A stretch of DNA of 63,368 bases, filler included, from Actinomycetota bacterium (GTDB lineage Bacteria > Actinomycetota > Acidimicrobiia > IMCC26256 > VFJJ01): the NCBI GenBank assembly GCA_009886115.1. It is 6 parts of 6 records of this genome, joined end to end, with 100 filler letters (N's around TTAATTAATTAA, not from the genome) between each part and the next. Parts side by side here need not be neighbours in the genome. Positions count along the whole stretch, not along the records: positions 31,455 to 55,547 come from VFJJ01000112.1; 5 more parts are not named here. One strand, given 5' to 3'. The notes under the pieces are model-generated. The model saw only the letters and a program-made list of their open reading frames with translations, did not search any database and was not told the DNA's origin. Position numbers and translations under genes: made by a program. Each line of letters opens with the position of its first letter. Position 1 is the first letter of the stretch. This document shows, in pieces, positions 38,691 through 48,340 of the stretch.

Positions 38691-40229
38691 CTACCGCCCG
38701 GTCCAGGCCTGACGGCGGGTGCCGTGCCAGTCGGCGACCGCTCCGGGGTCGGGCCCGAACACGTAGCAGTCCCGGCTCCCGTCGTCTGCGTCGCCGCCGT
38801 ATCGGGGCCAATCGGCACCGGGAACTCCGGTGTGGGCGAACGCGGCCCACCGGCGGCGAAGGTCGGTGCCCACGACATCGGCCGCGCTTCCCGGGCCCTC
38901 CCAGCCGACCCACTCGCCCCATCCGTCGACGTCGAACGTCCCGAACGTGAACGGGAGGTCGGCGGCGTGACACGAGCCGTAGGCACCGTCGCGGGCTGCG
39001 GCCTCCCAGGCGAACACGTAGCGGTACGTCGCGGGTTGGTGTCCGGCGTGAGCGCGGGCCGTGCGTTCGGCCCAGGTCGTCATCTCGCCGTCGGTCTGGA
39101 TGTCGGACCAGATGCTCGCCAGCGATGCCGTCGGGCCCGCCGTGCTCTCGTACACCGACAGCAGATCGTCGCCCGAGAGGGCTGGGCCCGCCGGAACCGC
39201 CCCTCGTGCGGGCCGGCCGTCGAGGTAGCGCGCGAGGCGCTTCACGAGACGTGCGCGGTCGAGGTCGGGCTCGCCCAGATCGGCGTACAGCCGCATCTCG
39301 TGCGCCGTGGTGCCGATCAGCAGCTCGACATCGGCGGCGTGACCCGTCTGACGAGCGGCGAGCGGCCAGTCCTTCACGACGCCACCGTCGAGGCAGGGAT
39401 GGAACGGCATCATGCCGACCGTCTCGAAGAGCTCCCACGTCGTGCGCACCTGGGCGTCGACGATCGCCTCTGCGGGCAGCGCCCGAAGCCCGGCCACGTC
39501 GGCCACACCGGCGACAGCCAGGAGGCGAGCGCCCACCTCGGCGGCGCGCTCGGGCGCAAGCGTGAGACCGGTGGCGCCGCTCTGGACGATCGCCCGGCGG
39601 AACAGGCCCCGGGCCAGTCGGGCCGCGAGCAGATGACAGATCGAACCGCCGCCCGCCGACTCGCCGAACACGGTGACGTTGTCGCGATCGCCTCCGAACA
39701 CGGAGATGTTGTCCTGCACCCAGGCCAACGCCACCGCCTGGTCGACCAGGCCCACGTTGGGCTGGACACCGTCGAGCATCAGGAACCCCAATGCCCCCAA
39801 GCGATACGTGATCGACACGACCACGACGTTGCCCTCGGACGCGAGCCGGGCGCCGTCATAGGTGGCCAGTGCGCCCGACCCCATGGCGAAGGCGCCACCC
39901 GGGATCCACACCATCACCGGACGCGGGTCGGATGGCGACGCTCCCGGTGGCGCCCACACGTCGAGATACAGGCAGTCTTCCGAGACGGGTCCGGGCTCCA
40001 TCCCCGGCACGATGGCCGGTCCGGCTGCCGTCCCGACTGCCTGCATGGGCGCCGCAGCACGCTCGAACGCGGACCGCACGCCCGTCCAACGGCGAACGGG
40101 CGCCGGGAGCTGGAATCGGCGCTTGCCCACCGGGGCAGCGGCGTACGGGACTCCGCGCCACACCCGTACGGCGCCGGGCAGCGTGCGTCCTTCGATGCGC
40201 CCTGCTCGTGTCTCGATCTCGGTCGGCAC
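38691..40229 (-). CDS. Type-B carboxylesterase
   Basis: SEDCLYLDVW, FGESAGG, GTTAHE, CHAADL. Confidence 0.93.
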   Translation of the reverse strand: MPTEIETRAGRIEGRTLPGAVRVWRGVPYAAAPVGKRRFQLPAPVRRWTGVRSAFERAAAPMQAVGTAAGPAIVPGMEPGPVSEDCLYLDVWAPPGASPSDPRPVMVWIPGGAFAMGSGALATYDGARLASEGNVVVVSITYRLGALGFLMLDGVQPNVGLVDQAVALAWVQDNISVFGGDRDNVTVFGESAGGGSICHLLAARLARGLFRRAIVQSGATGLTLAPERAAEVGARLLAVAGVADVAGLRALPAEAIVDAQVRTTWELFETVGMMPFHPCLDGGVVKDWPLAARQTGHAADVELLIGTTAHEMRLYADLGEPDLDRARLVKRLARYLDGRPARGAVPAGPALSGDDLLSVYESTAGPTASLASIWSDIQTDGEMTTWAERTARAHAGHQPATYRYVFAWEAAARDGAYGSCHAADLPFTFGTFDVDGWGEWVGWEGPGSAADVVGTDLRRRWAAFAHTGVPGADWPRYGGDADDGSRDCYVFGPDPGAVADWHGTRRQAWTGR

Positions 40230-40241
40230 GCCAGCGACCCG

Positions 40242-40649
40242 CTACGCGGCGTCGAGCTGCACGAGCTCGACGCTGTTGCCGTCGGGGTCGGCCATGACCA
40301 CGATCGTGATCCCGGGGCCGAACTCGAGCGGGCCGCGCAGCACCGGCGCCCCGGCAGCCCGGCACTCGTCGACCACCGCATGGAGGTTGTTCACCGTGAA
40401 GGTGAGATAACGCAGCCCGGTGGCATCGGAGAGCATTCCCGCCGGCGAGCTCACGGGGGGGACGGGCGCGAGGCACATCAGCTTCACCGACGCCGTTCCG
40501 CACTCCAGCATCACCAGCTCGCCCTCGGGCAGCGGCACCACGCGACGCCGGGACAGGCCCAACGTCTGTTCGTAGAACCGGAGCATCGCGGAGGTGTCAC
40601 GCACCACGATCCCGAGGTCGAAGCTGTCCGTGGCCAGTTCCATCACCAT
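40242..40649 (-). CDS. VOC/glyoxalase family protein
   Basis: GIVVRD..FYEQTLGL..ADPDGNSVELV. Confidence 0.88.
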   Translation of the reverse strand: MVMELATDSFDLGIVVRDTSAMLRFYEQTLGLSRRRVVPLPEGELVMLECGTASVKLMCLAPVPPVSSPAGMLSDATGLRYLTFTVNNLHAVVDECRAAGAPVLRGPLEFGPGITIVVMADPDGNSVELVQLDAA

Positions 40650-40758
40650 GGTGGCCGACGCTACCCGCGCGGGTGCGGGCGCACACCCCCGTCGATCGGC
40701 TAGAACGTGTTCTCGTCCGCCAGGCTCCCGACGACGCCGGGCCACCGAAAGGGCCATC

Positions 40759-41859
40759 GTGAAATTCGCGTTGTTCTACGAGATCCCCGTCGCCAAGCCG
40801 TGGACGGAACGCAGCGAGTACTGGGCGTACCAGAACACCATCGAGCAGGCCGTGCTGGCCGACAAGCTCGGCTGGTACGCCTTCTGGACGGTCGAGCACC
40901 ACTTCCTCGAGGAGTACTCGCACTGCTCCAACCCCGAGGTGCTCTACGGGGCGATCGCCGCGCTCACCAAGAACATGCGCATCGGCTACGGGGTTCGGCT
41001 GATGCCCAAGCCCTACAACCATCCCGTGCGCACGGCGGAGTCGGTCGGGGTTCTCGACCTCATCTCCAACGGACGGGTCGACTTCGGGACGGGCCGCTCG
41101 TCGACCCGCACCGAGCTCGAAGGCTTCGGCATCCATCCGAACGAGACCCGCGAGATGTGGACCGAGGCCCTCGAGCACGTCGTCGGCATCTGGACCCACG
41201 ACGAGTACGAGTTCGAGGGCAAGCACTGGTCGATGCCCAAGCGCCGGGTGCTGCCGAAGCCCTTGCAGAAGCCCCATCCGCCGTTGTGGGGCGCCACGGG
41301 TTCGCCCGAGACGCACCGTCTCGTGGGTGAGATGGGCCTGGGCCTTTGCTCGTTCGCCGTCGGATCGCCGCCGGCCGACATCAAGAAGCGCATCGACATC
41401 TACCGCTCAGGTATCGAGGCGTGCACGAAGCCCGTCGGCGCGTACATCAACAACCAGGCGGCCGCGTTCGCCATGGTCAACGTGGCGCCGACAAACGAGG
41501 AGGCTCGGGACGTCGCTCGCGAGTCGTTCGAGTGGTACCCCAAGCACGGTGGGCGCATCATCGCCTCGGTCGTCGAATGGCTCGACGAGATGGAGCAGGA
41601 GGCCGGCTCGTACGCGTACCTCGAAAAGACCAAGCAGAACGTGCAGCAGGGTCTCATCGACTACCTGACCCTCGACTACCTGATCGACACCGACGCCTGC
41701 GTCGTGGGCGATCCCGACACGGCGATCAAGACCCTCAAGGAGTACGAGGCCGCCGGCGTCGATCTGCTGCTGTGTCTCGTGAACCCCTTGAAGATCCCGC
41801 ACGAGAAGGTGATGCAGACCATCGAGCTGATGGCCAAGCACGTCATCCCCGAGTTCTGA
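40759..41859 (+). CDS. LLM-class flavin-dependent oxidoreductase
   Basis: WTVEHHFLEEYSH, HPVRTAE..LDLISNGRVDFGTGR, PKPLQKPHPP. Confidence 0.93.
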   Translation: MKFALFYEIPVAKPWTERSEYWAYQNTIEQAVLADKLGWYAFWTVEHHFLEEYSHCSNPEVLYGAIAALTKNMRIGYGVRLMPKPYNHPVRTAESVGVLDLISNGRVDFGTGRSSTRTELEGFGIHPNETREMWTEALEHVVGIWTHDEYEFEGKHWSMPKRRVLPKPLQKPHPPLWGATGSPETHRLVGEMGLGLCSFAVGSPPADIKKRIDIYRSGIEACTKPVGAYINNQAAAFAMVNVAPTNEEARDVARESFEWYPKHGGRIIASVVEWLDEMEQEAGSYAYLEKTKQNVQQGLIDYLTLDYLIDTDACVVGDPDTAIKTLKEYEAAGVDLLLCLVNPLKIPHEKVMQTIELMAKHVIPEF

Positions 41860-42108
41860 CCTCATGCCGGCTCCAAGCTGAGCCAGCGACTTCGTCGCCG
41901 TCGTTCCGGGCGATCTCGTAACGGCCCTGCTCGCCGGGCGCCGGCTGGCGCAGCTCGACGCGGCGGCCGAGCCAGGCCGACAACACGGCGTCGTCTCTGG
42001 TGACCGAGCCATCGGGCAGCTTGATGCGCAACGCCTCGTCGCTGCCCTCTCCAGCGTGTGGCCGGCCATCGACTTGACGGGGTACCTCCACGACTGGGTC
42101 ACTCGCAT
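41860..42108 (-). pseudogene. Deleted/frameshifted MOSC-domain gene
   Basis: WRYPVKSMAG start, then LRIKLPDG..LSAWLGRRVELR in another frame; C-terminal domain absent. Confidence 0.8.
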
Positions 42109-42126
42109 CACAATCTCCTCCGCCCG

Positions 42127-42960
42127 TCAATGCTGCACGCAGGAACCGCCGTCGACGTTCCAGTTCTGGCCGGTGATCCAGGAGCCTTGGTCGCTGCAGA
42201 GGAACAGGGCCATGGCGGCGATGTCGTCGCCGGTGCCTGCCCGCTGCAACGGGATGAACGTCCGCAGCAGGTTCTCCCAGTGCTCTCCCCGACCGATGTC
42301 GTCGATGCGGTAGGTGTCGATGACACCCGGGCAGATGCTGTTGACCCGGACCTGGTACTGGCCAACCTCCCTCGCCATGCTCGCCGTCAGGGCGTGGAGA
42401 CCCGCCTTGGTCGCGGCATAGGCCGAGGTGTTGGGCGCGAGCATCTTCCCGCCGATCGAGGAGATGTTGACGATCGACCCGCCGTGCCCCTGGTCGATGA
42501 GCAGCCGCCCGAAGACGTGGCACATCGAGAACACGCCGATGAGGCCGATGTCGACGACGTTGCGCCACACGGCCGGGTCGCAGTCGACGACCGGCACCCT
42601 GTCCTCTCCCCGCGCCGCGGCCGCGTTGTTGACGACGATGTCGACCCGCCCCAGCTCCGACATGACGCGCTCGCCGAGCGCGACCACGGCGTCATGATCG
42701 CCGACGTTCGACACGAGCGGTAGCGCCCGGCGCCCCGCGGCGCGGATCTCGTCGGCCACCGACTCGATGTCGCGCCACCCGGCGGCCTGCTCGTCGGCCG
42801 GATACCGGTCGGGCGAGCGACCCGTCCCCGTGACGACGACGTCGCAGCCAGCCTCGGCCAGAGCCACGGCGATCGGCCGGCCGATCGAGCGCATGCGGCC
42901 TGCGCCGGTCACCACGGCGACCTTGCCCTCGAGACCGGTCAGCGTGGTCAGATCCGTCAT
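42127..42960 (-). CDS. SDR family oxidoreductase
   Basis: VTGAGRMRSIG, VNNA, YAATK, ITGQNWNVDGG. Confidence 0.92.
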   Translation of the reverse strand: MTDLTTLTGLEGKVAVVTGAGRMRSIGRPIAVALAEAGCDVVVTGTGRSPDRYPADEQAAGWRDIESVADEIRAAGRRALPLVSNVGDHDAVVALGERVMSELGRVDIVVNNAAAARGEDRVPVVDCDPAVWRNVVDIGLIGVFSMCHVFGRLLIDQGHGGSIVNISSIGGKMLAPNTSAYAATKAGLHALTASMAREVGQYQVRVNSICPGVIDTYRIDDIGRGEHWENLLRTFIPLQRAGTGDDIAAMALFLCSDQGSWITGQNWNVDGGSCVQH

Positions 42961-43074
42961 GCGAGGCTGCTCCTTGTGCGGTGGGCGGTGGGCGGTGGGC
43001 GGCGAGTCGTGGCCTGGGGACGACGGGCCGGGGACGACGGCGACGGGTGAGGTGACCGACGCCGCGATACTCGA

Positions 43075-43190
43075 ATCCGTTCCAACGGGCGTAGCGCTCG
43101 GCGGGCTGGCGGGGAGGGCGGCGGAAGTCGGTCCCAAGGGTGTAGGCGACCGGGAAGAGGCCGGCCTGCATCCAGTGCTCGTAATGGCGC
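43075..43190 (-). pseudogene. C-terminal remnant of a nitroreductase-family gene
   Basis: WMQAGLFPVAYTLGTDFRRPPRQPAE..WNGF resembles actinobacterial nitroreductase tails. Confidence 0.65.
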
Positions 43191-43229
43191 CGATCCTGCC
43201 ACACGGGGTCCACACCGCCCCACCCCGTG

Positions 43230-43276
43230 AAATGTGCGCGGAAATGCTCACAGGGTGAGCATTTCCGCGCACATTT
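43230..43276. repeat. Perfect 22-bp inverted repeat
   Basis: AAATGTGCGCGGAAATGCTCAC-AGG-GTGAGCATTTCCGCGCACATTT. Confidence 0.95.
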
Positions 43277-43319
43277 GGGAAGGGGGGCCCGGCGCCGCGG
43301 ATGCTGCCAGAATGCCGGC

Positions 43320-45740
43320 GTGCATGGACTCAAGGATCTTCGCGTCGTCGACATCTCCTCCGGGATCGCCGGCGCCTACTGCTCCAAGCTGTTCGCCGAC
43401 GCCGGGGCCGACGTCGTGAAGGTCGAGCCGCCAACCGGTGACCCGCTGCGGCGCTGGTCGGCCACCGGCGCCGACCTGGGTGAGCGAGACGGCGCGTTCT
43501 TCCGCTTCCTGCACTGCTCCAAGCGTTCTGTGATCGGCGAGCCCGGCGACGACGCCGTCCGGGCGATGATCCGGGCCGCCGACCTCGTCATCGACTCCTT
43601 CGCTCCCGGCGGGCACGACCACGACCGGCACGATGGCGCACTTGCTGAGGCCCGCAGGGCCAATCCGGCCCTGGTTCGCCTGTCGATCACCCCGTACGGT
43701 CGGACCGGCCCGTACGCCGAGCGTCCGGTGACCGAGTTCATCGTCCAGACCGAGTGCGGCTCGACGCTGCGCCGGGGGCTCCCCGACCAGGAGCCGTTCC
43801 ACGCCGCGGGCCGGATCACCGAGTACATCGCGGCCGTGTTCGCTGCGGTGGGCGCGGCAGCCGCCGTTCGCCGAGCCGGCCAGACCGGCATCGGCGAGCA
43901 CGTCGACCTGTCGTGGCTGGAAGCCATGGCCATCGCGGCCAACACGTACTCCGATCTCATGTACGCCCTCTCGGGCCGTCCGCCCATCGAGCTGCCGCCC
44001 CGGAGTGTCGAGCTCCCGTCGATCGAGCCGACGCTCGACGGCTGGGTCGGCGTGAACACCAACTCCCGTCAGCAGTTCAACGACTTCCTGGTGTTGATCG
44101 ACCGTCCCGATCTCCTCGCCGACGAGGAGCTCCCGATGGTGATGGGGCGCAAGCGTCGCCGCGACGAGTGGAACGCCATCGTGCGCGAGTACACCACCAA
44201 GCACACCACGGCCGAGATCGTCGAGAAGGCGGCGATGCTGCGCATCCCCGTCGCCCCCGTGCTCTCGGGTCGCACCGTGCTCGACCACGCGCACCTGCGC
44301 GCCCGAGGTGTCTTCGTCACGAACCCCGACGGCGATTTCGAGCAGCCCCGGCCTTCGTACATGCTCGACGGCGAGACGCTCGGGCCTCGTTCGCCGGCGC
44401 CCCGTCTGGGCCAGCACACCGGAGCCGTCGGTTGGGGTACGCGCGAGCGTCCGGTCGAGGCCGCGGCCGCGACCGCCACCGTGCGCACGCGCCTGCCGCT
44501 GGAAGGCCTCCGGGTGCTCGACACGACGGCGTGGTGGGCCGGTCCTGCATCGACGGGCATCCTGGCTGCGCTCGGCGCCGACGTCATCCACGTCGAGTCG
44601 ATCCAAAAGCCCGACGGGATGCGCATGACCGGGTTCATGTCGGCCCCAAGGGGATCGGCGTGGTGGGAGTACAGCGCGGTGTTCCTCGCCGCCAACTCCA
44701 ACAAGCGGTCGCTCACCCTCGACATGTCACATCCCGAGGGGATGGAAGCCATGCGCCGCTTGATCCAGCGCTCCGACGCCGTCGTCGAGAACTTCTCGCC
44801 ACGGGTGTTCGAGAACTTCGGTCTGGGGTGGAAGGAGTTCCACGAGCTGTCGCCGACGACCATCCTCGTGCGGATGCCGGCGTTCGGGCTCGACGGGCCT
44901 TGGCGCGACAACGTCGGCTTCGCGCAGACGATGGAGCAGATCAGCGGACTGGCCTGGATCACGTCGCATCCCGACGACCAGCCCCGCATCCAGCAGGGCC
45001 CCTGCGATCCGTTGGCCGGTATGCACTCGGCGTTCGCGTTCATCGTGGCACTGGCCGAACGCGACCGCACCGGGCTCGGAAGCCTGCTCGAGGTCACGAT
45101 GGTCGAGGGGGCGCTGAACGCCGCGGCCGAGCAGATCGTCGAGTGGAGCGCGTACGGTCACGAGATGCAGCGCGAAGGCAACCGTTCCCCCTATGCCGCG
45201 CCGCAAGGCCTGTACCGGTGCAAGGACGCGGCCCACGGCTCGGTCGCCATCGAGCAATGGCTGGCGATCTCGTGCGAGAGCGACGCCCACTGGCACGCGC
45301 TCAAGCGAGCGCTGGGCGAGCCGGCTTGGGCCACCGATTCCCGCTTCGACTCCCACGCTGGCCGTCGAGCGCACCACGACGAGCTCGATGCTCTGTTGCG
45401 GGCCCACGCGTCGACGATCGACGACCCGAGCGTCGAGGCCGATCGCCTTGTAGCACTTGGCGTTCCTGCCGCGCCCGGACGCGACCCACGCCTCAACGGC
45501 AGTCAACCGCAACTGGTGGCTCGCCAAGCCAGCGAGCTGGTCGAGCATCCGATCGTGGGAACGGTTCCCCTACCCCGTCCCCCGTTCCGGTTCGAATCGG
45601 TCGAGCACTGGGTCCGGCTGCGCCCGCCCACGATGGGCGAGCACAACCGGGAGATCCTGCACGAGCTGGGCTACGACGATGCCACCGTCGCCCGTTTCGA
45701 GGCCGAGAACGTCATCGGCACCCGTCCCGCCGGCGTCTGA
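43320..45740 (+). CDS. Tandem two-domain class III (CaiB/BaiF) CoA-transferase
   Basis: ADAGADVVKVEPPTGD and WAGP..LGADVIHVE; NKRS; GPCDPLAG. Confidence 0.92.
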   Translation: MHGLKDLRVVDISSGIAGAYCSKLFADAGADVVKVEPPTGDPLRRWSATGADLGERDGAFFRFLHCSKRSVIGEPGDDAVRAMIRAADLVIDSFAPGGHDHDRHDGALAEARRANPALVRLSITPYGRTGPYAERPVTEFIVQTECGSTLRRGLPDQEPFHAAGRITEYIAAVFAAVGAAAAVRRAGQTGIGEHVDLSWLEAMAIAANTYSDLMYALSGRPPIELPPRSVELPSIEPTLDGWVGVNTNSRQQFNDFLVLIDRPDLLADEELPMVMGRKRRRDEWNAIVREYTTKHTTAEIVEKAAMLRIPVAPVLSGRTVLDHAHLRARGVFVTNPDGDFEQPRPSYMLDGETLGPRSPAPRLGQHTGAVGWGTRERPVEAAAATATVRTRLPLEGLRVLDTTAWWAGPASTGILAALGADVIHVESIQKPDGMRMTGFMSAPRGSAWWEYSAVFLAANSNKRSLTLDMSHPEGMEAMRRLIQRSDAVVENFSPRVFENFGLGWKEFHELSPTTILVRMPAFGLDGPWRDNVGFAQTMEQISGLAWITSHPDDQPRIQQGPCDPLAGMHSAFAFIVALAERDRTGLGSLLEVTMVEGALNAAAEQIVEWSAYGHEMQREGNRSPYAAPQGLYRCKDAAHGSVAIEQWLAISCESDAHWHALKRALGEPAWATDSRFDSHAGRRAHHDELDALLRAHASTIDDPSVEADRLVALGVPAAPGRDPRLNGSQPQLVARQASELVEHPIVGTVPLPRPPFRFESVEHWVRLRPPTMGEHNREILHELGYDDATVARFEAENVIGTRPAGV

Positions 45741-45742
45741 GA

Positions 45743-47059
45743 TCAGCGAGCGCGCTGGGCCGACGGTGAACGGTGTTGGCGATGCCCGCGCGACTCGGCG
45801 TCGTGATGCGCGTGTGCCTGGGGTGACGGTCGGGTCGCGCTGGTGCGCTGGGCGGCCGCCACGAGCTCACGACTCGGTCGAGCCGTGGGAACCGGCCTCG
45901 GCGGCCGCGCGGCTCCCGAAGAGCGGATGTCGATCACCCCGAGCGTCTCGATGTCGGGACGGACGAGGCCGACGGGCAGGTCGAGCTCTTCTTGGAGACG
46001 GCGGGTTGCCCGCGCCTTGTCACGTCCCACGAACGACAGCACCACTCCGGTGAGCCCGGCTCGGGCGGTGCGGCCCGAACGGTGCACGTATGCCTTGGTG
46101 TCGTCCGGCGGGTCGTAGTGCACGACACATGCCACGCTGTCGACGTGCACGCCCCGAGCCGCGACATCGGTCGCGATCAGGGCATCGACCCGTCCCCGTC
46201 GGAACGAATCGAGCGCCTGCTCACGCTGACGCTGGCTGCGCCCACCGTGGATGGCCGCGGCGCTCACGCCGGCCTGCTCGAGCTGCTCGGCGAGACGGTC
46301 GACACCGTGCTTGGTGCGACAGAAGACGATGGTCGAGCCGACACCGCTGATGACCTCGGTGGTGAGCGCGACACGCTCGTGGCGCTCGGCCCGCCAGAAC
46401 ACGTGCCGGGCCGGCGTGGCCTCCTCCTCGGGAGGGGTCACGTCGTGGTGGACGGGCTGGCGCTGGTAGCGCTTCACCAGCACGTCGATGTCGCCATCGA
46501 GCGTGGCACTGAACAACACGGTCTGGCGGGTCGTCGGCATCATGTCGAGCAGCTTGCGTACGTCGGGCAGGAAGCCCATGTCGGCCATGCGGTCGGCCTC
46601 GTCGATCACGACGATCTCGATCTGGTCGAGGCTCAGCGCTCGCTGGTTGATGAGATCGGTGAGGCGTCCGGGACAGGCGACGACGATGTCGACGCCCCGC
46701 TTGAGCGCCCGCCGCTGCGGGTCGTAGCTCATGCCGCCGTAGACGGCCAGCACCTTGCGCTTGCGGACGTGGCCGAGCGGTTCGAGCGTCGTGCGGATCT
46801 GCAGCGCGAGCTCGCGAGTGGGTGAGAGCACCAACGCCCGGGGCTGGCCGGGCCGGCCCTGGCCGACGCGAGCGACCAGCGGGATCCCGAACGCCAGCGT
46901 CTTGCCCGAGCCGGTGGGGGCCTTGCCGCACACATCGCGGCCGGCCATCAGGTCGGGGATCGTGGCGATCTGGATCGGGAAGGGAGTCGTGACGCCGCTC
47001 CGGGTGAGCGCGGTGAGCAGATCGGCAGGCGCGCCGAGATCGGTGAAGCTGGGTGACAA
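45743..47059 (-). CDS. DEAD-box RNA helicase (RhlE/DeaD-like)
   Basis: APTGSGKT, PTRELA, DEAD, SAT, HRSGRTAR; AGGAG RBS before TTG 47059. Confidence 0.95.
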   Translation of the reverse strand: MSPSFTDLGAPADLLTALTRSGVTTPFPIQIATIPDLMAGRDVCGKAPTGSGKTLAFGIPLVARVGQGRPGQPRALVLSPTRELALQIRTTLEPLGHVRKRKVLAVYGGMSYDPQRRALKRGVDIVVACPGRLTDLINQRALSLDQIEIVVIDEADRMADMGFLPDVRKLLDMMPTTRQTVLFSATLDGDIDVLVKRYQRQPVHHDVTPPEEEATPARHVFWRAERHERVALTTEVISGVGSTIVFCRTKHGVDRLAEQLEQAGVSAAAIHGGRSQRQREQALDSFRRGRVDALIATDVAARGVHVDSVACVVHYDPPDDTKAYVHRSGRTARAGLTGVVLSFVGRDKARATRRLQEELDLPVGLVRPDIETLGVIDIRSSGAARPPRPVPTARPSRELVAAAQRTSATRPSPQAHAHHDAESRGHRQHRSPSAQRAR

Positions 47060-47280
47060 CGTGTTCTCCTGGGTGGGGCCCGTCCGCGGGGTGACACGGA
47101 GCAGGTCGTCGTGGGGGTGCGCAACCTCGAATCGGCGCTTTCCGTCCCACGATCCCGGCCAGATCGACCGGTCACGAAACCACTTGGGGAACACGAGCAC
47201 GAAGGCAACGAAGAAGAGGTACGCCGACTCAGCGCGCGTTCACCCACAGAGGTGCGCTCGGAGTCGACGCGACCGTACCA
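47060..47280 (-). promoter_or_regulatory. Extended -10 promoter and about 205-nt structured 5' leader of the helicase gene
   Basis: TGG-TACGGT at 47280-47272; stems 47261-47268/47223-47230 and 47146-47152/47109-47115. Confidence 0.5.
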
Positions 47281-47340
47281 CCCCGGGGTGACGAGTCCCG
47301 GAACGCGCTTGCGCAGCGAACCCCAGGCCCCGACCCGGGC

Positions 47341-47423
47341 TGAGCGGCCTCCGGCCCGCTTGAGCGGCCTCCGGCCCGCTTTCTTCGCGATTTCGCGCAA
47401 CCCCGGTGAGAAAGCGCGAAGAA
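47341..47423. repeat. 20-nt tandem duplication followed by an imperfect inverted repeat
   Basis: TGAGCGGCCTCCGGCCCGCT x2; TTCTTCGCG..CGCGAAGAA. Confidence 0.8.
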
Positions 47424-47628
47424 TGAGCTCATCGACGCGGCGGATCATCCAGCGCACCGAGCGTTCCGTCGGTGACCCGAGATATCCGTGCTCGGTCACG
47501 CGCGATCGATGAGGGGTTTGCGGAGGCCAGCCGAGGCCAGCCGAGGCCTGCCTCGCCGGAATCAGGCAGAGAGTTCACCCGATCCCGGCGCGTGCGGCGC
47601 GCTCAGAGTGCTGAGGCTCCCGAGTTGG

Positions 47629-48231
47629 TCAGGCGGTGACGATGTCGGCCTGCAGCGGGGCCAGTGCGGCCACGAGCTCATTCTGTTCAGCCGCGGGAAC
47701 CTCGAACACGGTCAACGAGGCGGCCAGGTCCTCGACCAGGGCGTTGAAGTGGGCGACGGTGATGCCCAGGCCGGCGTGCGTTGTCTTCATGTCGCGGCCC
47801 GTGTACACCTCGGGGCCACCGGTGGCCTGGCCCACCTGCTCGATGAGGAGCACCTTGAGCCGGTCGAGGTCGGTGTTGGCGAAGAACGAGTTGATGCGCT
47901 CGTCGGGAACGACCTGATTGTCGACGAAGTCGCCGATCACGGCGGTGATGGCCGGGTTCCCACCGAGACGATCGTACAGCGCGAGCTCGGTGCCGGCGCC
48001 GGCCGTGGTGTCGGTGGCGGCGGGTGCAGCCGTCGTGCCCGCCGTCGAGTCGTCGTCGTCGTCACCGCACGCCGCCAGGACCACGCTGAACGCCCCGAAC
48101 AACAGCACGCTGGCCTTGCCGCTGGCCCCGAGGAATCGTCGGCGAGAGAGCGCGCCCTTGGTCAACGGGTGCAGTTCGTCCCAGGTGATCGAGCCGTCGA
48201 GTTCGCGGCGGTCGAGGTCGAGGTCGCTCAT
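47629..48231 (-). CDS. Group I truncated haemoglobin with Tat signal and lipobox
   Basis: SRRRFL, LAAC, acidic/Thr-Ala linker, LYDRLGG, ATGGPEVYTGRDMKTTHAGLGIT..HF. Confidence 0.9.
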   Translation of the reverse strand: MSDLDLDRRELDGSITWDELHPLTKGALSRRRFLGASGKASVLLFGAFSVVLAACGDDDDDSTAGTTAAPAATDTTAGAGTELALYDRLGGNPAITAVIGDFVDNQVVPDERINSFFANTDLDRLKVLLIEQVGQATGGPEVYTGRDMKTTHAGLGITVAHFNALVEDLAASLTVFEVPAAEQNELVAALAPLQADIVTA

Positions 48232-48340
48232 GTGGGTAATCCCCCTGTTTTGTGGTCTCGTGCCCGGTGTTCGGAGCAGCCATGCGAGTTGGATCACGCT
48301 CGAGCGAGAAAACAGGTCATCTCGGCTCGCTGATCCCGGA

